From positions 1 through 56,842 of the forward strand of contig CAZNBR010000003.1 in assembly GCA_964571315.1 (NCBI GenBank): a stretch of 56,842 nt of DNA, given 5' to 3'. Source of the stretch: an uncultured Syntrophaceae bacterium (GTDB lineage Bacteria; Desulfobacterota; Syntrophia; Syntrophales; UBA2210). The translations under genes were made by a program, and so were the position numbers. The stretch's first letter is position 1, and every line of letters starts with the position of its first letter. Shown piece after piece: positions 8,012 to 16,377 of the stretch. Under the pieces are notes generated by a model. It did not search any database, had not been told where the DNA came from, and worked only from the letters and a program-made list of their open reading frames with translations.

Positions 8012-8248
8012 TTATCTTGGGATTGTCTTTATACAGTCACCGGTAGCCCAGTCCCACTTCACGCATTCATCATCTGATGATAAATCCATATAGAGTCCAA
8101 ACGAACTCAAAATTAAGACTGCGAATATAATAAAAACAGGCACCCCAATCAAACACCCGATGTAAGCCCACCCACCCGATATTTTGAATCGGCTGACGAG
8201 AAAAAAGAAACCAACATAAGATCCTATGACAATCAGAAATAATGGCAT
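8012..8248 (-). CDS. Small membrane protein in the lysogeny operon (possible superinfection exclusion)
   Basis: Two hydrophobic helices and a C-terminal C-x8-C pair, co-oriented with repressor and integrase. Confidence 0.5.
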   Translation of the reverse strand: MPLFLIVIGSYVGFFFLVSRFKISGGWAYIGCLIGVPVFIIFAVLILSSFGLYMDLSSDDECVKWDWATGDCIKTIPR

Positions 8249-8347
8249 GTATTACTCACGCATGTATTACTCACGCTTATCTTTTTCCATTCATATTAAT
8301 CTGGGCGCTGGCGATACTCCCAACTGCAAGGTGCGCAGCAAATTTCC

Positions 8348-8839
8348 TTAATGCGTCTTAAAACATACATGGAAAATGTTTTTTTCACACCGGAACTCTA
8401 TTATGCGGTTGAACCGCCGCCGGTATGATGGTTTAAATTTCTGATCCTTTTTTCTTCTTTCATTTTTTTTGTTTTCGTCACGCCTCGTCACTGACGTCTC
8501 AAATGCGTCGATATTCTGCAACAGTGCAGTAGCCGTTTTTTCATCTCCGGACTCGAGTATTTTTTTCACCGCCTTACATGCCTTCTGAGTTTCCTCCGTC
8601 CATCCGCACATGAAATTCTCACCGGGATCAACACCGGTTAACAGCCAATCGAAAGAGCAGTTAAATATCTCACATATCTTAGATATTGCATCGAAATTTG
8701 GGTTGATTCCCGGTTTTTTCCATCGCGTGAAAGCATCCCTCTGACTAATTTTATCGTTAAATACACGTTCAACACCCTGACAATGCATATCAGTTAATAG
8801 CCTTATATTATTAAGGAATGTATTTTTGTTATATTTCAT
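8348..8839 (-). CDS. CI-like HTH repressor
   Basis: XRE-type tail TRWKKPGINPNFDAISKICEIFNCSFDWLLTG. Divergent from the early operon. Confidence 0.8.
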   Translation of the reverse strand: MKYNKNTFLNNIRLLTDMHCQGVERVFNDKISQRDAFTRWKKPGINPNFDAISKICEIFNCSFDWLLTGVDPGENFMCGWTEETQKACKAVKKILESGDEKTATALLQNIDAFETSVTRRDENKKNERRKKDQKFKPSYRRRFNRIIEFRCEKNIFHVCFKTH

Positions 8840-8890
8840 ACAAATTTCTCGTATATTTTGCTTGACACATACAATATATTTGTGTACTTA
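8838..8890. promoter_or_regulatory. Divergent switch region: two 17-bp operator-like imperfect palindromes and a rightward promoter
   Basis: atacaaatttctcgtat (8838-8854) and atacaatatatttgtgt (8869-8885). TTGACA at 8862; the -10 element is non-consensus. Confidence 0.55.
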
Positions 8891-8940
8891 TTCATTTCAT
8901 CGTCATTATTTCTTTAAATCTTTAACCAAGGAGGTCGGTC

Positions 8941-9084
8941 ATGAACACGTGGCAACGTTTTCTCGATGAAACCATTCCTTCCCGCGAAGAGCAGGAAGAA
9001 CTCCGGCATTTTTTTGGAGAGCATCTCATGTGTCGCCCCCAGCCGGAGACGTCCGCAGCATCGTTTGATACAGACCTGAGTTGA
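8941..9084 (+). CDS. 47-aa first early gene (resembles a D5/P4-type helicase segment)
   Basis: Strong AAGGAGGT RBS. Translation MNTWQRFLDETIPSREEQEELRHFFGEHLMCRPQPETSAASFDTDLS. Confidence 0.6.
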   Translation: MNTWQRFLDETIPSREEQEELRHFFGEHLMCRPQPETSAASFDTDLS

Positions 9085-9158
9085 GCCATGCGCGGATTCC
9101 CTCTTTCTGTCCACGCAATTATCTTCCGAAAAACCTTTCAGAAAGGATTTGAATAAAT

Positions 9159-9419
9159 ATGTCTGATCTGGTCACAGGGCACCTCCCTGACATCAATGAG
9201 CTTAGAAAAAACATTAAAATAAGAATGATCGAGCTCGGTCTCGATAATCATAAAACTGGCGGATATCGTGGACTCCTTCCGCAATTGAGTGAGCATACGG
9301 GGAGGCGCATCAGCGCGCAGATGCTTTCCAACGCGATCACCGGCTACCAGTCCGGGAAATCGGCTCACGATCTCCTGGCATCGATGAAAGAGATTCTGGA
9401 TTCTCTGCCGCAGGAATAG
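9159..9419 (+). CDS. Cro-like DNA-binding protein
   Basis: 86 aa with HTH-like ISAQMLSNAITG, divergent from the repressor. Confidence 0.6.
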   Translation: MSDLVTGHLPDINELRKNIKIRMIELGLDNHKTGGYRGLLPQLSEHTGRRISAQMLSNAITGYQSGKSAHDLLASMKEILDSLPQE

Positions 9420-9501
9420 GGCTTAATCATTCTATTGGTGTAATTATACACGAAGATAATGGGGAAATCAAATATTTGTCGATTGGTGAGGAATCTGTCT
9501 T

Positions 9502-10104
9502 ATGAAATGTCATACTAAAGATACCGAAAGCCCACGGAACACGTACCGGATGTCACCGGAGGTGAAAGCCGCTCTTATCGCCGATTTACAGTCGAGCCCG
9601 AATCTGTGCATAGATAAGTCGCTGGCTTTGGAATACGACTACAGCGAAAAGTCTATTGAGAAAATCAGGCGTGATCATACACATATCAGATTCACATCGG
9701 GTAAAAACGACCACCTGCCGCTGGCTCTCAAAGAAACGCTCATAACGCTGGTTGATCCATCAAAAAAATTGAATCTGTCTGAACTCGCCCGGGTGCATAA
9801 CTGCCGGGAGTCAACGCTATCCGGCATCCGGAGAAAATATTACGGCCGGCAGCGCCAGGCCACCCTCCTCGCTGCCGATCGGTTTCCCTACCTCTCAATT
9901 CTCAGGCGTGCGCTGGAACCCTACCGCATCGCCGCGACAAACCTTGGCATGCCGCTCGACGACGTGCTGCAGGCGTTCGCGGAATACAAAAGAATTCAAA
10001 AGATATTCGGGGCCACTGCCATGGAAGACGGAGATAACATCTCCGCCGGACGTGTCCCAATTTTAAACACATGGAAGGAGGAAGCCATATCATGTTCAGG
10101 TTAG
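9502..10104 (+). CDS. Hypothetical protein with tandem HTH-like segments
   Basis: Segments DKSLALEYDYSEKSIEKIRR and LSELARVHNCRESTLSGIRR. Confidence 0.55.
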   Translation: MKCHTKDTESPRNTYRMSPEVKAALIADLQSSPNLCIDKSLALEYDYSEKSIEKIRRDHTHIRFTSGKNDHLPLALKETLITLVDPSKKLNLSELARVHNCRESTLSGIRRKYYGRQRQATLLAADRFPYLSILRRALEPYRIAATNLGMPLDDVLQAFAEYKRIQKIFGATAMEDGDNISAGRVPILNTWKEEAISCSG

Positions 10105-10448
10105 ACAAAGACGTTATCGTCCAGAGCGCCATAGAGAAGAAAAAAGAGGAAATGCTGGGGGACTTGATGGTCTCCGCCGGTACACTCAAAAAACGCGCCT
10201 GGGAATTTCAAAACAACTCCTGCGAGGAAACGCTGGACAACCTCTGCGAGTGCATGGCCGCCATGGTCTTAACGCTGAACCAGGCCATCGTCGTCACGTC
10301 GGTACACAAGACCTTCAACCATTTCAAAAAAAAGATGGCGACACTCAAGGCATCTACGAATGCGTGTACAGAGGCTGTCTCAATCAACACAATACCACAC
10401 ACCCAAGCTGAGGGTGGGGAGGCACAAAACCATGTTGCTGCATCTTGA
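10071..10448 (+). CDS. Hypothetical helical protein
   Basis: ORF overlapping its neighbours in the early operon. The true start may be the ATG near 10092 after AAGGAGG. Confidence 0.5.
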   Translation: MEGGSHIMFRLDKDVIVQSAIEKKKEEMLGDLMVSAGTLKKRAWEFQNNSCEETLDNLCECMAAMVLTLNQAIVVTSVHKTFNHFKKKMATLKASTNACTEAVSINTIPHTQAEGGEAQNHVAAS

Positions 10449-10812
10449 ATCGATCAGACAATCGCCCTGGCATAAGGTGCTCAGTATCGCTGATTACCTC
10501 TGGGTATGGGCCTGTCTCATGATCATAGCATCGAGCCTGGTTGTTTGTCTCATAGGCATTGCCTGTGAACTGTTGAAACAATGGGGGATGGCATGAATTC
10601 CTACCTGAAAAGAAACGAAGTAAAAGAAAACCGGTGGCATACATGGCTTATCGTGCTGCTGGTGGTACTGGCACTTATCTATTATTCACCGGGCCTTCTT
10701 CGATTCTTTTCTTCACTCATCACTCCTTTACAGGGGCCGACCCTGTGCCTCGGCGAAAGCGGAAACAGGGCATTTAAAATGGTGCCGCAACAGATGGCAC
10801 ACAGGTGCAACA

Positions 10813-11016
10813 ATGCGCTTAAGAAACAAGTATTGCGTGACCCTGAACATCGCCGGAGAGGTATTTGACATATATCTCCATGCCAGCGATCCGGACCGGG
10901 CTGAAACGCTCTCCCGGATCCGCGTTGCAAAACAAAAGGGTCTGATCCCCAGCCCCTGGGCTGTCAGGGTCAGTGATTGCAGGGTCAGATTAATTGAACA
11001 TCGGGTCCAGTCATAG
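10813..11016 (+). CDS. Hypothetical protein
   Basis: 67-aa ORF in the early operon. Confidence 0.4.
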   Translation: MRLRNKYCVTLNIAGEVFDIYLHASDPDRAETLSRIRVAKQKGLIPSPWAVRVSDCRVRLIEHRVQS

Positions 11017-11077
11017 GGAAGGGCTCGATACCGAAAGTCTTTAAAACGGCCTATCCAGCGCCACAGGGATAGGCACT

Positions 11078-11287
11078 ATGAAAGGCACTACCGCAATGAG
11101 TAATATCGAAGAACAGATGCGCACCATGGAAAAGAAAATTGATATCGTCCTGGGTATCCTGGGCTACGGCAGGACAAAGTCACACACCCAGATACAACGA
11201 GAGGCAGGGGAGACGGTTAAACGGCTGCATTTGATGGCCTTACAGAGAGAAAAGAAGAAGGAGGCTAAAGGTGACGATGGTAATTAA
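11078..11287 (+). CDS. Hypothetical protein
   Basis: 69-aa ORF overlapping the next gene. Confidence 0.5.
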   Translation: MKGTTAMSNIEEQMRTMEKKIDIVLGILGYGRTKSHTQIQREAGETVKRLHLMALQREKKKEAKGDDGN

Positions 11288-11648
11288 TCCAAAGGAAAAC
11301 CAAGATAACCAAGAATGGCAGGGCAAGACGGGTCCCGGAATATACGAGGTCACCGGCGCCGCGATCGGGCAGCTGGTGGACGTCAAGAACAAAGCATATG
11401 GCCGGGCGTTTGACTTTGCCGGATCCATCCTCGCAATTCTTTATCCCAACGGCATTCGACCCGAACAGTATAAAGACCTGGGCGCGATGATCCGCATTCT
11501 CGACAAATTCTTTCGTATTGCCACTTCCAAAGATGCTCTGGGCGAGTCGCCCTGGACAGATGTCGCCGGTTATGGGTTGCTAATGAATCGGGGTTATCTT
11601 CCACCAGCTGGAGAAGCTATTGTCCGGGGACAAAATGATGAGCGATGA
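11271..11648 (+). CDS. Hypothetical protein, DUF1599 / nucleotide-modification-associated-like
   Basis: Pattern KNKAYG...RILDKFFRI...DVAGYGLL recognised by eye. Confidence 0.5.
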   Translation: MTMVINPKENQDNQEWQGKTGPGIYEVTGAAIGQLVDVKNKAYGRAFDFAGSILAILYPNGIRPEQYKDLGAMIRILDKFFRIATSKDALGESPWTDVAGYGLLMNRGYLPPAGEAIVRGQNDER

Positions 11649-11895
11649 TAATTCGAGGAAAATGAAATATCTGGAGATTGTCACGATCGGCCAAGGTCCG
11701 GATCTGGCCAAGGGCATGCTGACTGTAACCATCGCATTGAAGGATGACAAGGGAGAATCATATTACACGCACCTGGTCACGCGAGACAATTATGCTCACT
11801 CAACCCGGAAGACTATAGAGCGGCTAAGTCGGGTGAAATTTCCGCCAGTGCCTGATTCTGGTAACGAAATTGTCAAAATCAATCAAACGAAATGA
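11620..11895 (+). CDS. Hypothetical protein
   Basis: ORF coupled to both neighbours (ATGA overlap with the next gene). Start uncertain. Confidence 0.5.
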   Translation: MSGDKMMSDDNSRKMKYLEIVTIGQGPDLAKGMLTVTIALKDDKGESYYTHLVTRDNYAHSTRKTIERLSRVKFPPVPDSGNEIVKINQTK

Positions 11896-12125
11896 AACAA
11901 ATAAAGATCAAACCCGGAATCGTCATTTTGTCCCCCTGGTACAACACCAGGGAGGCGGCGGCGCACTGCGGTATGGCCCGGTCGACATTCATGTATAAGG
12001 CGCATATCACGGGACTACCCAGCGCAGGCGACGTGAGGAATAAACGATACAAGGTTGAAGACCTGGACCGATGGATCAGCAATGGTTTTCGGTATCCGGG
12101 AATGGAGAATAGCAGCAGCGGCTGA
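11892..12125 (+). CDS. Excisionase-like / AlpA-MerR-type HTH protein
   Basis: WYNTREAAAHCGMARSTF...RYKVEDLDRWI. Confidence 0.7.
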   Translation: MKQIKIKPGIVILSPWYNTREAAAHCGMARSTFMYKAHITGLPSAGDVRNKRYKVEDLDRWISNGFRYPGMENSSSG

Positions 12126-12168
12126 ATGCCGTGATCATTAATAAGTTAAAAAAATAAGGAGGTCGGAA

Positions 12169-12876
12169 ATGAATTTACTGCCAGGACAAGATTACATTAT
12201 TACAGAAAATTTGACGTTAAAGGTCGAGGATTCGAAGGATCAAGGCGCAATAGGTGGATTTCACACACTGTGCGCTGATGTCGGAAATATTCCCGGTCAT
12301 CCGTTAAGCGGATTTTATGCCGGTGATCCGATACCATATTCGCTGTGGAATCAGCATCACCGGGCGGGATGTAAAAGCAATGCCGGAATGGTGTATGACG
12401 ACGTTCGAGATTTGTGGGTTGATATCTACCTTTTTTCTTCCGCAAACCGAAATATCATCCATGAAACATTGGAGAATTACAAGGATATCGGAATGAGGTG
12501 TGGGAAGCGGTTGCCCACCCACGAGGAATTCTCATCACTCGCCGAGGGCTCCAACGAATTGACTAATATCCGGGGAAGCAAATACACTCCCATATCTGGT
12601 GGAAATATCGATACCCAGGGACGGCGGATGATCAGCAATATCGGATGCGAGGACTGTGCGGGACTGATATGGCAATATCTGTTATCTTTAGATCCAGCCG
12701 ATCCCGAATATACGCTGTTCGCCGGGGGCTATTGGAACGATGCCGCGAATGCCGGTTCTCGGTGCCGGAATGCGAATAACTATCGCTGGACTGCGTATAC
12801 GAGTCTCGGCGCGCGCTTCGTTGCGGAGCCGCTTTTTCCGCGAGAACGACGCATACAAGAAAACAAAGAACTATAG
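12169..12876 (+). CDS. DGR target 2 (remote), stand-alone Mtd-like C-type-lectin-fold protein, copy A
   Basis: TAAGGAGG RBS. Shares GGFHTLC, GMVYD, WVDIY, GKRLPT and RRMISNIGCEDC with target 1, and contains VR2. Confidence 0.9.
   Translation: MNLLPGQDYIITENLTLKVEDSKDQGAIGGFHTLCADVGNIPGHPLSGFYAGDPIPYSLWNQHHRAGCKSNAGMVYDDVRDLWVDIYLFSSANRNIIHETLENYKDIGMRCGKRLPTHEEFSSLAEGSNELTNIRGSKYTPISGGNIDTQGRRMISNIGCEDCAGLIWQYLLSLDPADPEYTLFAGGYWNDAANAGSRCRNANNYRWTAYTSLGARFVAEPLFPRERRIQENKEL
12714..12827 (+). repeat. DGR variable repeat VR2 (copy A)
   Basis: 114-bp match to the TR with 8 mismatches, all at TR adenines. Followed by the same gccg IMH end as VR1. Confidence 0.95.
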
Positions 12877-13010
12877 AGCGAGTATCATCGCGCTTTTTCC
12901 TGCACCATTCGCAGACGAGGAGAGTCGGCATTGCTATTATACTCGCTATTTTTCAATCCGGGAGAGGTGTGTGAAATCCGCAATAAGTTAAAAAAATAAG
13001 GAGGTCGGAA

Positions 13011-13718
13011 ATGAATTTACTGCCAGGACAAGATTACATTATTACAGAAAATTTGACGTTAAAGGTCGAGGATTCGAAGGATCAAGGCGCAATAGGTGGA
13101 TTTCACACACTGTGCGCTGATGTCGGAAATATTCCCGGTCATCCGTTAAGCGGATTTTATGCCGGTGATCCGATACCATATTCGCTGTGGAATCAGCATC
13201 ACCGGGCGGGATGTAAAAGCAATGCCGGAATGGTGTATGACGACGTTCGAGATTTGTGGGTTGATATCTACCTTTTTTCTTCCGCAAACCGAAATATCAT
13301 CCATGAAACATTGGAGAATTACAAGGATATCGGAATGAGGTGTGGGAAGCGGTTGCCCACCCACGAGGAATTCTCATCACTCGCCGAGGGCTCCAACGAA
13401 TTGACTAATATCCGGGGAAGCAAATACACTCCCATATCTGGTGGAAATATCGATACCCAGGGACGGCGGATGATCAGCAATATCGGATGCGAGGACTGTG
13501 CGGGACTGATATGGCAATATCTGTTATCTTTAGATCCAGCCGATCCCGAATATACGCTGTTCGCCGGGGGCTATTGGAACGATGCCGCGAATGCCGGTTC
13601 TCGGTGCCGGAATGCGAATAACTATCGCTGGACTGCGTATACGAGTCTCGGCGCGCGCTTCGTTGCGGAGCCGCTTTTTCCGCGAGAACGACGCATACAA
13701 GAAAACAAAGAACTATAG
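13011..13718 (+). CDS. DGR target 2, copy B (identical protein)
   Basis: Translation identical to 12169..12876. Confidence 0.8.
   Translation: MNLLPGQDYIITENLTLKVEDSKDQGAIGGFHTLCADVGNIPGHPLSGFYAGDPIPYSLWNQHHRAGCKSNAGMVYDDVRDLWVDIYLFSSANRNIIHETLENYKDIGMRCGKRLPTHEEFSSLAEGSNELTNIRGSKYTPISGGNIDTQGRRMISNIGCEDCAGLIWQYLLSLDPADPEYTLFAGGYWNDAANAGSRCRNANNYRWTAYTSLGARFVAEPLFPRERRIQENKEL
13556..13669 (+). repeat. DGR variable repeat VR2 (copy B)
   Basis: Identical to 12714-12827. Confidence 0.85.
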
Positions 13719-13772
13719 AGCGAGTATCATCGCGCTTTTTCCTGCACCATTCGCAGACGAGGAGAGTCGGCA

Positions 13773-16316
13773 TTGCTATTATACTCGCTATTTTTCAATC
13801 CGGGAGAGGTGTGTGAAATCCGCGCAATCGGCGCCCAGGGGAAAAATCCCGGCTGGGAGGGTTTTGCCAGGTCGGTTGTCTCAGGATACTATGATTCTCC
13901 AGAGGCTTTCGAAACAGGGGCTGGAATTCTTGACAAGGCCCAGAGCCGCGGCGTCTATTTCACCATCAATCCCGGAAACCCTGCGCTTATTGCGCGGGCA
14001 GTCAATCGTTTAAAAATTCCGAAAAGCACAACACAGGACGCGGACATCGTCTGCATTCGGTGGCTGCCGATCGACCTGGATCCAAAACGACCCGCGGACA
14101 TTTCCTCGACGGAAACTGAGGTTCAGGCAGCAACGGCCGTCGGAAAAGAGATCGCCAACTGGCTGGAAGGTGATCTCGGCTTTGGAAAGGCGATCCGGGC
14201 CTATTCCGGGAATGGTTTCCACTTGCTCTATCGCCTTCCGGACCTGCCGAACAACGAAGAAACCCACACAATCATCGTCGCCGCGATGGCGGCAATTAAG
14301 ACCAAATATGACAGTGATACGGTGGATATTGATCCGGCCGTCGTGAATCCAGCCCGGATCTGGAAGTGCTATGGGACCACAGGAAGAAAGGGCGATCCCA
14401 CGACTGACCGTCCACACAGAAAATCACAATTATTCCCAAAACAACCCTCCGTTCTGGCCGACGTGCCAATTACAAACCTGGACACTTTGAAGAAACTTGC
14501 AGCGCTGGTCCCGCAGACTTCGACGAAGAGGAGTTCTCCGCAGGCTACTGCCGCGGAAGCGGCTTCTACAAAAACAGCCGGTGCCGTGCCTTTTAAGGAC
14601 GGCACGCTGGGACCAATCAACATGGAGGCATATCTGGGCCACTACGGCATCGGCTACACGACAAAGACAAAGGGTGCACAGACGCTCTATTGCCTCGATC
14701 AGTGTTTATTTAATCCGGATCACGACCAGGGCCAGGCCTCAATCATGACATCGCCGACCGGGCCGCTGATCTACCAATGTTTCCATTCCTCCTGTAAGGA
14801 CAAGCGGTGGAAGGATGCCCGGGCACGGATATCCGGTGACAAGCCTATATCGGAATTCTGCGCCGGATTTGACCCGAATTGGACACCACCAAAACAATCA
14901 GGAACGGGTGCTATGGCTGACATCCTTGTCCGATCGGAACTGTCCGTGCAGAGCACGGCGGCAGTGAAGGTACCCGAGAAGATGGATCCAGCGGAGTTCT
15001 TCGAGAAACGAGGGAAGCGGCCGGTATTCGTGCCGATGTATCTGGCACGGTATCTGGCCGCCTACCTGGAGCCTCTTGTCCATACTGCAGGTGGTTTCTG
15101 GCGCTACGAAAAAGGAGTATGGAAGCCTTTTGCAGACACTATTTTATCGCAAATCATGGTGGCTGTGATGAAAGAACGTGTGCAGGCAGACATGATGACA
15201 AATACCTTGAAGATTCTTCGGGGACTGATTAACCGCGAAGAAGATTCGTGGCCCAAAGACATGAACCTGATCAATGTGAAAAACGGGATGCTGGACATCC
15301 GGACAATGGAACTGATTCCACACGATCCAAAATACGGAAGCCGGACGCAGTTGCCGGTCAACTACAACGCATCGGCCTTCTCACAACAATGGTGGGATTT
15401 CCTCAAGGAGATCTTCCCGGAGGATGAAAATTCCGCGAAGAAGTGGCTCCTGCAACAGTTTTTTGGCTATTGTCTGCTACGCGACTGCCGGTATCAGAAA
15501 GCTTTGTTTTTGTACGGGACGGGCGCGAACGGGAAATCCACTGTACTATATTGCCTCCAGGCGATGGTCGGGAGGGAGAATACATCGTCACTTTCTCTGG
15601 CGGATCTCACGCAGCGTTTTAAAGCGCAATTCCTGCGCGAAAAATTGATCAATCTGGCAACAGAGACGAACACACGGGATCCCCTGGCCACTGAACTCCT
15701 GAAGGCAATCATCTCCGGTGATCCGATCACGGCGGAGCAGAAATATGGGGAGCAATTTCAATTTCGTCCATTCGCGAAGTTTATCACGGCAATGAACGAT
15801 GCTCCGGTGATCCCGGATAAGAGTTATGGATTCGGTCGAAGGATCATTGTGCTGACCTTCGAAAAACGCTTTACCGATGAGGAGATCAAGCCGCGGATGG
15901 CCGATTCCCTCATCGAGGAGATCGAGGGGATTTTCAATTGGTCGGTCGAAGGATTGAAGATTCTGTTGAAAAACGATGGGTTTCTTATTCCTGATTCAGT
16001 TGGTAAAGCTACAAACGATTTCATGGAAACGCTGAACCCCCTGCTGATCTTTGTAAATGAAATGTGTGCGGTCCATGACGCCGAATCCGTTCGGACCATG
16101 GACTTATGGGATTGCTATGCAGAATGGTGTGCCGACGGGAAGAACCGCCCTCTGGGCCGGAATCGCTTCCTTGACCAGGTGCGGCAAACCTTCCCACGGG
16201 TTAGCTCCGCAAAAGTGGGCGAAGCACGGGTGAGGATGATGGTTGGTATCGGCCTGACGGCACATGCCCAAACATGGACGGAGGAGAGAAAAGCGCGCTT
16301 CCGCAGGCGGGATTAG
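13773..16316 (+). CDS. Primase-polymerase (AEP-like) fused to D5/P4-type SF3 helicase
   Basis: N-terminal IDLDP and SGNGFHLLY motifs, a Cys/His cluster (CLFNPDH...CFHSSC), INVKNGML, Walker A GTGANGKS and RRIIVLTF. GAGGAG RBS before the TTG. Confidence 0.9.
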   Translation: MLLYSLFFNPGEVCEIRAIGAQGKNPGWEGFARSVVSGYYDSPEAFETGAGILDKAQSRGVYFTINPGNPALIARAVNRLKIPKSTTQDADIVCIRWLPIDLDPKRPADISSTETEVQAATAVGKEIANWLEGDLGFGKAIRAYSGNGFHLLYRLPDLPNNEETHTIIVAAMAAIKTKYDSDTVDIDPAVVNPARIWKCYGTTGRKGDPTTDRPHRKSQLFPKQPSVLADVPITNLDTLKKLAALVPQTSTKRSSPQATAAEAASTKTAGAVPFKDGTLGPINMEAYLGHYGIGYTTKTKGAQTLYCLDQCLFNPDHDQGQASIMTSPTGPLIYQCFHSSCKDKRWKDARARISGDKPISEFCAGFDPNWTPPKQSGTGAMADILVRSELSVQSTAAVKVPEKMDPAEFFEKRGKRPVFVPMYLARYLAAYLEPLVHTAGGFWRYEKGVWKPFADTILSQIMVAVMKERVQADMMTNTLKILRGLINREEDSWPKDMNLINVKNGMLDIRTMELIPHDPKYGSRTQLPVNYNASAFSQQWWDFLKEIFPEDENSAKKWLLQQFFGYCLLRDCRYQKALFLYGTGANGKSTVLYCLQAMVGRENTSSLSLADLTQRFKAQFLREKLINLATETNTRDPLATELLKAIISGDPITAEQKYGEQFQFRPFAKFITAMNDAPVIPDKSYGFGRRIIVLTFEKRFTDEEIKPRMADSLIEEIEGIFNWSVEGLKILLKNDGFLIPDSVGKATNDFMETLNPLLIFVNEMCAVHDAESVRTMDLWDCYAEWCADGKNRPLGRNRFLDQVRQTFPRVSSAKVGEARVRMMVGIGLTAHAQTWTEERKARFRRRD

Positions 16317-16377
16317 AATGAGAGACAATCATTGCACTATGCAAAACCGCATCATAACAACTGAAAGGAGTAAAAAA

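Larger units (their letters stand above)
12140..13823 (+). repeat. 842-bp tandem duplication (12140-12981 and 12982-13823)
   Basis: Both units begin aataagttaaaaaaataaggagg and end gtgaaatccgc, and encode identical 235-aa proteins. Confidence 0.93.

Noticed and set aside
8246-8277. 16-bp tandem duplication (gcatgtattactcac) at the start of the small membrane gene
   Set aside because: Only two copies and no further support; probably slippage.
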